DNA of 64,000 nucleotides from Camelus dromedarius (taxonomy: Eukaryota), in NCBI RefSeq assembly GCF_036321535.1, contig NC_087466.1:2852001-2916000 (forward strand). Direction: 5' to 3'. Numbering within the stretch: the stretch's first letter is position 1; each line of letters begins with the position of its first letter. Shown here piece after piece: positions 49,901-61,834 of the stretch. The notes under the pieces are model-generated. The model saw nothing but the letters and a program-made list of their open reading frames with translations, did no database searches and was not told the origin of the DNA. Position numbers and translations under genes: made by a program.

Positions 49901-52900
49901 TCAAATAACGTCCAGCCCTTTCTTGAAGGCTTCTGCTGGGAAGCCCTCTCTGTCCCACCTGCAGGAGCCCCTCAAGGGGCCATCACCTTCCTGAAGCCTT
50001 TCTTCCACAACCCCCAGCTGGAGTCCCCACTCCCTCCCCAGCACCTGTTGCTGGCCTGGCCTGTGCCAATGTTCAGTGAGTCCCTGTGGGAAGGATGGCT
50101 CTCTCAGCCCCAGTGATGGAAGCCACCTCTAACTCACCTAAGTAAGAAGGGGCAAGTGTCCTGTCACACAGCTGGGAAGGAAGTGGGGCTGCAGGAACCA
50201 GGCCCCAGGACAGAAATGGGGCTCACCTGATCCTGTGGGGCCTCATCCTTCACCCAGGACAGAATAGCAGCTGTCACCAGACTCAGACTGTCCTAGACTG
50301 GGAAGCCCCAGACAAAAGTCCTCCCTGGTAGTTCCAGCACAAAGGCTGGGGAAGGCTCTGATTGGCTCGTTTGGATCACATGCCCATTTGGCCAATCACG
50401 TGGTCAGGAAAGTGAAGCACTCCTATTGGCCAGGTCTGGGTCAGGTGACCAACTGCATAGGGGCTGTGATTGACAGTGGGAAAGAACCTCCCTCCAAGGG
50501 AGGTATGTTAGCACATGGTGGAAGCTGGGGATGGGTGCACATCCTGGGCAGAAACAACTATAGCAGCCCGGTCCCTTGAAGAAAGGATGAAATGGAGGGT
50601 TTAGAAAGGGAGGTCTGGGCTCGCTGCATTTGTTCATTTGTTTATTCAGTAAGAGTGTGAGTGTCCACCTCAGTGCACACTGACAGTGCAAACTGAGAGG
50701 GATCTGTCAGCAGCGGAATCCCCTGGACCACCACGAGCCCCTAAAAATGGGACTTTCTTGGCCTCACAGGCTCTCTTTAACCCCTTGAATAGTCACCCTT
50801 GAGGATTTGCAGCCAGGGTCAGGGGAGGCTGGCTCTGGTCCCAGCTCCCCGGACAGGTCCTTCCCCCAGAGGGACCTGGCGGGTACCAGGCTAACAGCCA
50901 ATACCCGGAGTTGGCCTGGGAAGGAGAGGGCTGGCCCGGGCAGGAGAGGGCTGACACTGACATTCATCTCTGACCAAGGGAAGGGTATCTGGGTCTTCCT
51001 GAGTGCAGCCATCCCTAACCACGTAGCCTCTGTTCACTGACCTGGAGCAGCAGCTCTGGGGGATGGGGCTCTGGGTGTCCAGACCATGTGGCTGCAGCCC
51101 TGACCTGTGGCTGAGGGCAAGTTGTGGGCCTGATTCCCAGTCTTAACAATGAACAGAGAACGTGTATCTAACAGAACACTTCCCAGGGCTTGTCACCATT
51201 GGGGTACCCAGGAAACATGCTGCACACTCCAGAAAAGTCACTTGGTTTAGATACCACAAAGGATGATTTTCAAAAGACGTGTGGGATGTCGAGGACACAC
51301 AGGCTAGTGGGAGTGCGGTCATGCAGATTTAGTGTGCCACCTCTACCCCCCAAGGGACACATGGAAGGAGCAGTCATTGAAACCAGATGGATAAGGCCAT
51401 GTGGTTTTCACCTCTTGGAGTGGAGCAGTGATGTTTGGTCAGGCTTTGTAGATGGCCTGAGGCAACCTCCCAGGAAGGGTGCCCTGGGGACACACAGCCC
51501 TCCTGCCTCCTCTGATGTGGCCCAGGCCAAAAGCAGGGGGATGGGGCTGAGAGTGGACTCAGAGGGGCAAATAGAGACTGACCAGTGCTAAGCTCCAGGA
51601 GACACTGTGTTTGAAAGACACGGGCATGGTGCTTTCATGTGCCAGGTGCTCGGGCGAGTTCAGTCCCACCATGGGGAGTAGGGTTGCTCAGGAGACTGCC
51701 TCCTGCGCAGGCAGGGCCTGGGGGGAGAAGGCCTTTCATGGGGACCCCTAACCCAGGGGTGACTGGCCTCTCTGTCCCCAGTACATTCAGGAATTCACCA
51801 ATGAGACGTGGCAGATGCGCACCGGCCGGCCACTGCCTGACCACCTGGTCCTGCTGGTGTGGTCCCTCATCGTGTCTCTGTACCCGCTGGGGGGCCTCCT
51901 TGGAGCATTGCTTGCTGGGCCCCTGGCCATCACACTTGGAAGGTAAGTGCCTCCCGTGTACCCCTGGAGAGCCCGTTAATGATGCCACCCCAGGCTGCAA
52001 GCTGAGGGATGCGGGCAGGGTGCCCGGCAGGTCCCCACCCAGCCTCCTGCCCTGCCTGCAGTGTCATGTCTCCTCGTGGAGGTGGCAGAGGGAAGAGTCC
52101 CGCGCTATGTGGGAGGGAGGACCCCTGCTTTCTGGATCCATGGCTGCCAACACGTGTGGTCTTACTGGGAACAAGCGTTTCCTCCTCGATTTCCCTGTTG
52201 GAAGCCAACTGACACAGTTCTGGGGTCCCAAACAGGACAGGCAGACCCTGACCAATTGTGTGAAAAACTGGGGTAATGCAAAGGATGCTGGGCTGCTCGT
52301 GGGAGGGAAGGAAGTACTGGAAAGCAGGCCTGAGAGGGGCAGGTCCAAGGTGCTGCGAGGATCCCAACTGCCTGCCCCAGCATGGCCTTTCCTCCTGGGA
52401 GGCCGCCTTCAGGGCATCGACTCCAACCACATCCCGCCGCCAGCATCTTCACTGAGCTCGGAATCCAGGAAGACGGGTTGCTCTGGAACCACCTTGGGTC
52501 ACTTGCCTGCAGCTGTGACCCAGCAGGGGCGAAGGGAAGCGGGGCAGAAAAACTAACGGCTCCCATGGGCCACCCCTCGGCTGGCTACCCAGCATGTGTG
52601 GACACCTTTCTCCCATGTATTTGGTTCCCTACGTGCCCCTCCTAATGTTACTCGGCCACCTGCCGGATGTGCATTCCCCTCTTCCTGAGATCACTCAGGG
52701 CACAGCCGCCAGGGCCAACACAACACGTGTTCTTCCCGAGCTCAGGGATTCTGAGTGATGACCACTCTGCCCGCCCTGCGGCGAACCTCTTGATATTGTG
52801 CAATCTACACATTTAATGGTAAATTTAACTGCCCTCAAGACACCTGGGAGGAGGGAAAAAGGAGAAAGAGTAGGGAAAAAACTAATCGAGGAAGAGGAAA

Positions 52901-55900
52901 CTCACGGTGACTTTTGTTTAAAGCATATGACCCAAAGCATGGAAACACAGGTAGAGGAGCTGCTCCTTGGTGTTGGACTGGTCATGCTGTCGCTGGTGAC
53001 TTCCATCCTCTGGTTTTCTGCTCTTGTCTTGGGTCAGCATGTCCACTGACTGAGGCTCTTTGCCCATTGGGGTGACCCCAGTCTTCATGCTTGAGTGGGA
53101 GCAGTGACTGATGTCACACCTGGAGGCCATCTGCTTCTGGATGATGGGGTTCCTAACACAACACTGAGTTCCATGGGCACCTGTCCTTCCTCTTTCACTG
53201 ATGGAACCTCCTTTGTTGGATGCAGAATTGCACAGGTATCACGCTGGTGTATTTAACAGGAGTATCTGTTAGGATGTCTCAACTTCTAGTGACAGAAAAT
53301 CAGGACTCAGTTGGCTAAAACAACAGCCAAACACCCAAGTCTGGTGTGGATTCTCCTCCTGGGCCTAGTGAGAAGCCAGGAGTTGTTTCTGATTAAGAGG
53401 AGAGTAACTCGCTGAAGTGGTGGCTTTGCTCAGAAACTTTGGTCTTGCACTGTAATTCTCCTTGGAGGCAGCCACCTGGGCACTTGGAGCACCTTAGTCT
53501 CCCAGGTCTAGACGGTCGAGGAGCAGAGCATCCCACAGTAGGTTTAGACCCCCTAGAGAATACTCCATCAAAACTTCCAGGTTTGCAAATCACCCGGTGG
53601 AAGTGTGGGATCACAACACTCAGGGTGGAACAGGCTGCCTCCAGTGGCACGTTACCGAGGCATCGAGTGTCCTTTCAGCATAAAGTATCAAAGTAGTGGG
53701 CCAGAGGGATGCCTGAGGGATGGGTGGCTCCTGGTGGAGCAGATGGGGGTGGCCCTGAGCTGGAGAGCAGGCATCCCCTTAGGGAGGTTGGTATCGGTGC
53801 AGTACTGACTTGCCCGTGGAAGCTACATGTTTCTGGTGTTGTCTGTGTCCTGAAATCCAGCAAAATGCATTCGCCAGAGAAATAGCCACAATCAAAGTCC
53901 TTTGTTAATTTATACCAGTGAAGAAGCCATATATGGCTTATTAGGCACCGTGGGAGTTACCGCCGGATCGCGTTTGTTACGGTCAACTGTCATCTGCTGT
54001 CCTCCAGACACAGGTGGTCTGAGCGTTGGCTCATCTGTTGATGGGGGCAGGGCCGTGTCCTGCTCTGGCTCGGTTCCCTGTGGCTACAGCCAGCCGTATG
54101 ATCTACTGTGAGCTCTCCTGAGTGGCCTGCCGGACAGCGCCTCCAAGCCCAGTGTCTGGAGCCCACAGCTGCTGTTCCCTGCGCCCCCTCCTTGATTTGC
54201 CATCTGTCCCATCAGGAAGGAGTATGCCCCTCGGGGCATCCCACGAGTGACCCTAAGTACAGTGGCCAGTGTCATTTCTGTCCATGCGGCTTAAACTACT
54301 GATGCCGTCCCCGCGCACACACAGGTCTGATCAGGGCCCCCCGATCCCCAGGGTCCCCTTGGGACTGAACCAAGCCTCTCTCCTTGTGTTCGGCTTCCCC
54401 AAGGAAGAAGTCCCTGCTGGTGAATAACATCTTTGTGGTGGCCGCAGCAACCCTGTTTGGCTTCAGCCGCAGGGCCGGGTCCTTTGAGATGGTCATGCTG
54501 GGAAGGCTGCTGGTGGGAGTCAGCGCAGGTACTGGGCGGGGGTGTCTCCTCCTGCCTCCCTGTTCCTCTTCTTCATGCGTTCCCTCTACTCCCTTCATTC
54601 CTTCCTTTATCCTCTTTGTTCATTGATTTCTTTTCCATCCGTGCCCACCTTTTTTTTTTTTTTTTTTTTTGCAGAATGATTAAATATGGTGCATTTTAAT
54701 AGACACTTAAAGTGGGTACAGCCCACACTCCAGGGAAAAGGGACCGGGTCAGACTTTATCTTTGTGCCTGGAGTCCGAGCACAGAAGGGATCCCTCCCTA
54801 AGTGTTTGTAGGAAGAACAGGGGTACCTCCAAGAGTCTGGGGCCATCAGCTTACCCACCTTCCTCCTGGCTGCCCCCACCCGGTGCTTGGAGAGAGGCAG
54901 GACCTTGTTGAGGGTTGTTTCCGGACCCCAGGCCAGGGAGGGGATGGAGCCGCACACCCCGCCTGCCGTGTTCCCAGCTGGAAGACGCCCCAATACAATG
55001 GCCTCCCACTTTCTTGCTAGGTGTCAGCATCTGGGGTGGGCGGTGGGAGGTACTGTCCAGCTGTTTTCCCACTGGCTGCCTGGGTGCCAGAAGCCTCCCT
55101 GGGGAAGCTGGGATGAGGGGGGACCCTCCAGGGATAGTTGAGGTGAGAGGTGAGAGCCGGGACAGCTGGGGAGCATCCACTCCCTCAGAGCCCCCCACAT
55201 TCCTTCCACTGACCGTGACCGGGGCTAGAAAATGCTGGAACTGTGGGGTGGGAGCCGATCTGAGGACTTCTCTCTCAGAAGTCCTGGGGGTGGACTGGCA
55301 TCCTGCTGGCCCTCCAGCAGCTGGAGAGGAACCCTTCCAAGTGTAGGGACTGAGGGAGTAGCACTCATGCTGGGATCCCATAGGGGAGGGGCAGGTGGCA
55401 CTGAGGAGGTGTCGGGAGAAGCAGGCCTGTGGCTGACCATCTGTTGCACATGCGTCCAGGTGTAAGCATGAACGTCCAGCCCATGTACCTGGGGGAGAGT
55501 GCTCCCAAGGAGCTCCGAGGAGCTGTGGCCATGACCTCAGCCATCTTCACCGCCCTGGGAATCGTGATGGGTCAGGTGGTCGGACTCAGGTAAGTGCCCC
55601 TCGCCGGGCACTGAGAGGTTAGAGGGGTCCAGGAAAAGCCCTTCCTTGCCTAAATTTTTCTCCCACCTCCCAAGGAGATTAAGGCGTTGCTTCCTTGTAC
55701 TCAGGCATTGAAGCCCCGTCCACGGGCCTCTGGCTGGTACACAGAACACTTATCGGTCAGCCGCACTTCGTGTGCATCTGCCTCTTCCGGCCTCTCCAGA
55801 TCGCGGAGCAAAGAATGGGTCTGGACAGAGGAGAGGGTGCAGGTTTCGGCTTTTAAAGGGAGCATCCCGGGAAAGAGGGGTGAGGGCAGAGCCTGGAGCC

Positions 55901-58900
55901 CTGGGAAGAGCCCTGGGGAGAGTAGCTGCGAGGGATGAGGTAGGCCCACGCCCCTGCCCTCTCTCATGTCCCCACCTGGGGGGGTCCAGGCCCAGAGCCG
56001 TTAGGAGGAGGCACAGAGTAACACAGACCCTCTGTCCTCAGTGGGGCAGGCAGTAGGGAGCAGGACTCCAGCAAGGAGGCGTCTGGCTCAGCCTCTCCTC
56101 TGTCCCCCCAGGGAGCTCCTGGGTGGCCCGCAGGCCTGGCCCCTGCTGCTGGCCAGCTGCCTGGTGCCTGGGGTCCTCCAGCTGGCCTCCCTTCCCCTGC
56201 TCCCCGAGAGCCCGCGCTACCTCCTCATTGACCGTGGAGACTCCGAGGCTTGCCTGGCAGGTGAGTCCCTGACCTCGGGCCCCAGACCACCCTTGGCCAT
56301 GGTGTACATCTGGCCAGAGCATGTGGGTCCTCAGGTCTCAGGTTTCATTTATTCAGGACAAAACTATCCCTCTTTTTGTGCCTCAGTTTCATCATCTATG
56401 CACCCCTTCGAAACTATTTATCAAGGGGCTGTCCTAAATGCCAGGGCACTGGGCTGGAACAGACTCAGCGTCTGCCATCTGGGAACCCAGGGTGGAGCAG
56501 AGAAAGCACCCCCCAAGCCAGACGTGCGAGAGGGTGAAACACCAAGCAAGGCCTCAAGGGCGCAGTGCTGGCTGGGCTGAGGTCCTCTGTCAGCTGTGGT
56601 TCCAGTGGTGATGCCCGAGGAGCACCCCCAAATCTCTGGCTGAAAACAGCAATCACTGCCTGCATCTGCAGCTCATGTACTGCCTGGGCTGGCTGCCCGT
56701 CCCTGCCCATCTTGGCTGGGCTGGCTTACGGTGCCAGGGGTCAGCTAGGAGTCGGCCAGTTGAAGCTGGTCTGGGCTGGAGGAGTTCAGCTCTGCTGCAC
56801 ATGCCCCTCCTCCCACTCTTGGTACCGTTGGACCAGCGCAGGAATGTTGTTATGATGGTGGCAGAGGTGTGAGAAGGCAAACCCAGCCGCACAAGCACTT
56901 TCCAAACCTTTGGCCCCTCATGCCCACTGTTGAGCGTGAGGGGCCAGAGTCACATCATTGACCCCGAAGTCCAGAGATGGGAAAATCCATGGCATCTCCA
57001 CTCGCATGGCAAGTGGTATAGGTTTAGGGAGGGGTGAAGACCAGGGCCCACTAATGTATTCTTCCCAGCTTGCCATGGTGACCATTGCTATTATTTATGT
57101 CCCTCCCTGTGCAGAACATGCTTATGTCATCCTGGAAACAACCCCGCCCCCAAAGTCTCAAGCAATCATGGCCTCGGGCTTGTAATCTAGGATCTTAAGA
57201 TCATGTCAAATCTGTATGTCCCTTTTCTTGATCCAGAGACCTAGGAAATAAAAACCCAAGTCTTCTGCCCCTCCCACACTTAGCAGACACTGGTGAGAGT
57301 GGGCTGGTGTAACCAGAATGAACCTTTTTCTCCAAAAAAGGGTGGCAAAGAGGTAGAGAGCAGTCCTCTGCCCACAGCAATGCTGAGCGCCCCTGGGCAA
57401 ACTGCCTTGGGGTGGGGAGTTGCCCTCCATTAAGCCCTGGCTCCACCCCCTGGGAGGCGCTTCCCAGGTCCTGGTTCCCGCAGCTTCTTGGTCCTGCCGT
57501 TGGAGACATCCTTCATTTTCCATCACCTTCCTTGACCCCTGAAGAGGGCACTGGAAAATGTACATATAGAAAGCTGGTCTTCACATTTCAAACCACCTCA
57601 GTGTCTTTTCAACTGGCAGAGCTTTTTGTCAATACAGCTTTCTCCAAAATGATGTGAATTTTCTGAACATTTGGTTTATGTGCCAAGAGCCACATCCATA
57701 ATTCTTTTTGAGACATGCTTCTCTCTTAATTACTGGAATTTGGGAGTATGCTGGGCTGCTCTGGACCAAGACTCTTAAGCCTCTGTGATGCCCCTCTTTC
57801 CAGCCATGAGGGTCTGTGAGGCGCTGCGTTAAGCCCTACCCTTGGTTTAGTCTTTACCCTTAGTCCGGGGCTTACTGGCAGTGTTCTGGATTTAATCTTG
57901 GTTCTCACGCTGTAACTTAATTTAGGACTCTTGCTAGTTGGAGAAGCTAGAGATGAGAAACAGGTTTGTTTTTTCTTTTTTCTTTAACTAACCTAGAAAG
58001 TTCTGGAAGAAGTTATATTTAATTAAATTGTGTTTCCTCTGAGGGTCTTTTTGAGCTTAGGATTGCATTACAGTCAGTTTAGACTACTTAGCTAAAAGCA
58101 GCCAGCTCATGCTTTTGACACTCAGGATCTCTTCCCAGGTCCAGAAGTTCATTAGGTCTGTTTTTTCTCTTCCCCGTTACTGCCCTGCACACAGGAGCAT
58201 CATTCTTCCAGCCTCCTCCCCATTCTCTGCCTAGTCTGGGAACCAACACCGTGTATCGCAGGCCCGAGTTAAGGTGGCACCTACTCTGGGTACCAGTTTT
58301 CTCTTGCTGCCTAACGATCACATCTCAGGGGCAGAGCAGGGAAGCCATTACTTAGCTCAAGCCTCTGCGAGTTCTCGAGGGTGGCTGATGAAGGGTGGGT
58401 CCGGCTGGAGGCTCTGCTTATGTGGGTCAGCGGGGCATAGGCTGACTTAGGAATGTCCCAGCTGGGCCATTTCTGCTTCTTCCTGGGACCAGAGGGCTAG
58501 CCCTGCCGCAGGTTTTTACAGTAATGACAGAAGAGCAAGTAGAAAGATCCAGGACTCTGAAGGCTTGGGCTCGAACAGGCAGGACGCCTGGTGAGAGAGT
58601 CATGAGGCAGAGCACGGTGCCACGGGGCAGGTGTGTACATGCCCCCTTAGTGACAGTAATTGCCAAATCCCATAGCAAGAGATACGGATGCAGGGAGGGG
58701 TGGAGAACCGGGACGCCAGTGGCAGTCTGTCGCAATTGTGGTGTCCTGAGTGGTGTACCCTCAGAACCTCGAGTTGCTAAAGTCCCCTCTGGTCCATGAT
58801 GCTGGGAAACGAGAGGGCCAGGAAGAGCACCCCCATCCAACCAAGGGTGTCCCTGGAAGGAGAAAGGAGGTGGGCGCGGGGAGCTCACTGTGGGAGCCTC

Positions 58901-60829
58901 AGAGGGGCCAGGGGCCGGGGGCTGGGAACTCAGCCTCCGCTGCCCCTGCTCCCTTCCCCAGCGCTGCAGCGGCTGCGGGGCCCCGCGGACCTGGCCGGAG
59001 AGCTGGCGGAGCTGGAGCAGGAGCGCGCCGCCTGCGGGGGCCGGCGCGCGCGGCGCCCGTGGGAGCTGTTCGGGGACCGCGCGCTGCGGAGGCAGGTGGC
59101 GAGCCTGGTGGTGCTGGGCGGGGCCATGGAGCTGTGCGGGAACGACGCGGTGAGCCCTCCCGGCTCCCGGCCGGGGTAGGAGGTGGGGGTGGGGAGATAG
59201 AGGAGGGGGCAGGGAGTGGGGTGGGGGGTGTCGGGCTGTGGGCCAAGGGTGGGGGAGCCCGCGCGCAGCCGCCCCTCGCCCGCCCCCGCAGGTGTACTCC
59301 TACGCGTCGGCGATGTTCGTCCAGGCACGAATCCCCCCGGAGAAGGTCCAGTACGCGGTCATCGGGACCGGGGGCTGCGAGCTGCTGGCGACGCTGGTCA
59401 GCGTGAGTCTGGCTCCGGGCCGACCGCCCCCGACCTCCACCGCCTAGCCCTGCGGCGGACCCTCGGGGTGCTAAGCCACTTCCACTTCAGCTCACTCCGT
59501 TAAAATGCCGCGAGTTAGTGAGCACGTATTAAGCACCTACTGTTTGCTGGGCACTCACACCACCATCTTGAGATGGGGAAACTGAAGTTGAGTGACCGAG
59601 GTCCTCTGGAAAATTCATATCTTAATCCCCTGAAGCAGTAAACTGCTCCTGGCCACCCACCCCCACCCCAGCTTCCTCTTGGGGCCCCTCCCCACTGCCT
59701 GTCCCCGGACCCAGGGACCGTGGCCCGTGCAGGTCAGTCAGGTTGGGCTCCTTTCCTTTGCAGTGTGTGGTCATCGAGAGAGTGGGCCGGCGGGTGCTGC
59801 TGATGGGGGGCTACTGCCTGATGACCTGCTGGGGGAGCGTCTTCACGGCAGCCCTGTGCCTGCAGGTAGCTGGGCGGGGATGTGAGCTGGGCGGCAGTGT
59901 GTGCGGCCCCCCATCTCCCCTCAGCGCCCCTCCTCTGCTGCAGAGCTCCTTCCCCTGGATGCCCTACCTGGCCATGTCCTGCATCTTCGCCTTCATCCTC
60001 AGCTTTGGCATCGGCCCCGGTGAGTGGGCCCAAGGGCTCCAGGCTTTGGGCCTTGCGGAAGGCGCAGGCTGTCTGGGCGAAGGCTGGGTGGGTGTGAATG
60101 CACCAGCTTGCGCCCCTGCCCCACTCAACTTTACAGGCTTTGGGGAGAGAACGGGCGCAGGAGGAGCGCCCCCGAGAGGCCCCACTTTCCTGTCTGGGGC
60201 CAGGTGGTTGGAAGGCAGGCCTGGAAGCCCTAGCTGGCAGGCCTCTGTCCCCATCCCCACTCCTCCTTCCAGCCGGAGTGACCGGGATCCTGGCCACCGA
60301 GCTCTTTGACCAGACAGCCAGGCCTGCTGCCTACATGGTTTGCGGAGTGCTCATGTGGACCATGCTCTTCCTGGTTGGGCTGGGATTCCCCTTCATCATG
60401 GTAGGTGCCCCCTCCCATCCCCTGGCCCTGTCAGCTTGAGAAAGGGTAGGGTGGTGTGGGGAGGTGGGAGGGGTGGTCCCATGAGGGAGGAAGGGGAGGT
60501 GCTCCATCCAGGGAGTCTGAGACCAGAAGGGATGGGGCTTATCTGAACGGAGAGGGTCAGGTCCCTCATCCGGACCTGCCTGGGGCTGAATGGGCCGCAC
60601 CAGGTCTCGGGTCTCTCTGAACCCACAGGAGGGCCTGTCCCACTTCCTCTACGTGCCTTTCCTCTGTGTCTGTGTCTGTGCGGCCGTCTATACTTTCTTC
60701 TTCCTCCCGGAGACCAAAGGCAAGACCTTCCTGGAGATCTCTGAGGAATTGTACAGACTCAACTTCCCCGGGTGGAGCCAGAGCCCCATGTGGAGGGGCC
60801 CGGAGGTCGTCCAGTCCACAGAGCTCTAG
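45858..60829 (+). CDS. SLC2A11: GLUT11 facilitated hexose transporter, 496 aa (1A isoform); join(45858..45878, 49205..49303, 51782..51942, 54404..54528, 55460..55589, 56112..56260, 58962..59149, 59292..59402, 59764..59865, 59944..60019, 60273..60400, 60629..60829)
   Basis: Exon 1A gives MRALQGL (human MRALRRL). Then FQGWVLLLTICAAGIGGTFQFGYNLSIINAP, LGRKKSLL, PMYLGESAPKELRG, LPESPRYL, ERVGRRVLL, GIGPAGV, LPETKGKT and C-terminus VVQSTEL-TAG. All introns are GT-AG and the exons sum to 1491 nt. Confidence 0.97.
46374..46415 (+). other. SLC2A11: Orthologue of SLC2A11 alternative first exon 1C, with ACG in place of the start ATG
   Basis: ACG GAG GAT GAA CAG GAG CCG CAG TTA CAG CCT CGG ACC CAG|GTGAC = (T/M)EDEQEPQLQPRTQ versus human GLUT11-C MEDELEPSLRPRTQ (recalled); the phase-0 donor is intact. 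Confidence 0.8.
48292..48395 (-). mobile_element. Young tRNA-Ala-derived SINE (vic-1-like)
   Basis: Minus strand GGGGAAGGTATAGCTCAAGTGGTAGAGCACATCCTTAGCATGCGTGAGGTCCTGGGTTCAGTCCCCAGTACCTCCATTAAAAT...; perfect 16-bp TSD AGAAATAAGATTGTGA at 48276-48291 and 48396-48411. Confidence 0.93.
49030..49105. mobile_element. MIR SINE fragment just upstream of SLC2A11 exon 2
   Basis: GTGTGATCCAGGCAACTCCTCTCCCCTCTGCCTCGGTTTCTTCATCTGCAAAGTGGAG matches the MIR core. Confidence 0.65.
50340..50500. mobile_element. Old MaLR LTR fragment (MLT1J/K-like) with CCAAT-rich core
   Basis: TCTGATTGGCTC...CACATGCCCATTTGGCCAATCAC...CCTATTGGCCAGGTCTGGGTCA resembles the repeated ATTGG/CCAAT core of old MLT1 LTRs. Confidence 0.45.
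58290..58735 (+). mobile_element. MaLR solo LTR (MLT1F/G/H-like)
   Basis: Starts TACCAGTTTTCTCTTGCTGCCTAAC and ends GATGCAGGGAGGGGTGGAGAACCGGG...GCAGTCTGTCGCA, the typical MLT1 layout. Confidence 0.5.
58900..59520. promoter_or_regulatory. Intragenic CpG island over SLC2A11 exons 7-8
   Basis: Very dense CpG; 61 of 62 whole codons in exon 7 and 35 of 37 in exon 8 end in G/C; G-tract-rich intron 7. Confidence 0.75.
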
Positions 60830-61014
60830 CCCGAGGGTGTGGCTGGGCCCAACCAGCTGCTCCTCTCTCTGGCCTCCACTCACCAGCTCCGGCATCCCCT
60901 TGTTTCCTGAGTGCTCACTGAGCACCTGCTCTGTGCAGGCGGGGTGCTGAGCCCTCAGGGGTGACCTAGAGAGATGGGGTCTGGGACTTGTCTAGAGGCC
61001 ATTGACAGGAAACC

Positions 61015-61020
61015 AATAAA
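61015..61020 (+). terminator. SLC2A11 polyadenylation signal (AATAAA)
   Basis: AATAAA about 185 nt after the TAG. Confidence 0.75.
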
Positions 61021-61834
61021 CAACATCATGGCGAACTTGGAGATATGCAGTGGAAGAAAATACAGGTTGCAAAGAGTGTATAGACCAGGGGTTGTTGGAG
61101 AGGGGCGTGGTCAGGGAAAGATTTTCCGAGGAATTGATTTTTAAAAATCAACTTGATTGAGGTGTAATTTACATATAATAAAATATATCCAGAGTAACCA
61201 ACCGTACATTTATTTGATGAGTTTGACAGGTGTCCATACCCAGGAGCTATCACCGTAGTCAAGGTAGAACATTCACATTGTCCCTACAGTCCCCTTGTGC
61301 CCCTTTGCAATCAGTATCCCACCCCACCCCAGGCCCCAGGCAACCGTGTGTGGACCTACCTTCTATCACTGTAGGTTCAGAATGTGATATGATTCCACAC
61401 CATATGTGTGCATTTCTGTCTGGCTTTGCTCCTGATAAAGGTTTTGAGAGTCATGCATGTTGCTGCGTGTATTAGCAAATGTTCCTTTATGTGGTTGAGT
61501 AGTATTCTGCCATATGGATATACCATAATTTGTTAACCCATTTCCCTGTTGGTGGACATTTGGGCTGTTTCTGATTGTTGGCCATTATGAATAAAACTGC
61601 TATGAACATTCCCCTACAAGTTGTGTAGACGTACACTTTCATTTCTTTTGAGTAAATGAATTACTGAGTTTAATAATGAATGGATGTTTAACTTAGAAGA
61701 AACTTTTCCAAAGTGATCATACCTTGGAAAAGTTTTACATTCCCACTAGCAATGGATGAGTGTTCCAGATGCTCTAAATCCCCATCAGCACTCAGCACTG
61801 TCAGTCTTTTTCATTTGGACATTTTGCTGAGTGT

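Noticed and set aside
50340-50500. Cluster of CCAAT/ATTGG and CACGTG motifs as a second ERSE-type element
   Set aside because: The spacing matches neither ERSE (N9) nor ERSE-II, and the pattern is typical of old MLT1 LTR sequence.
51639-52556. 305-aa ORF overlapping SLC2A11 exon 3
   Set aside because: It is an alternative frame over exon 3 plus intron, with no domain signature. Its length is plausible by chance at this GC content.
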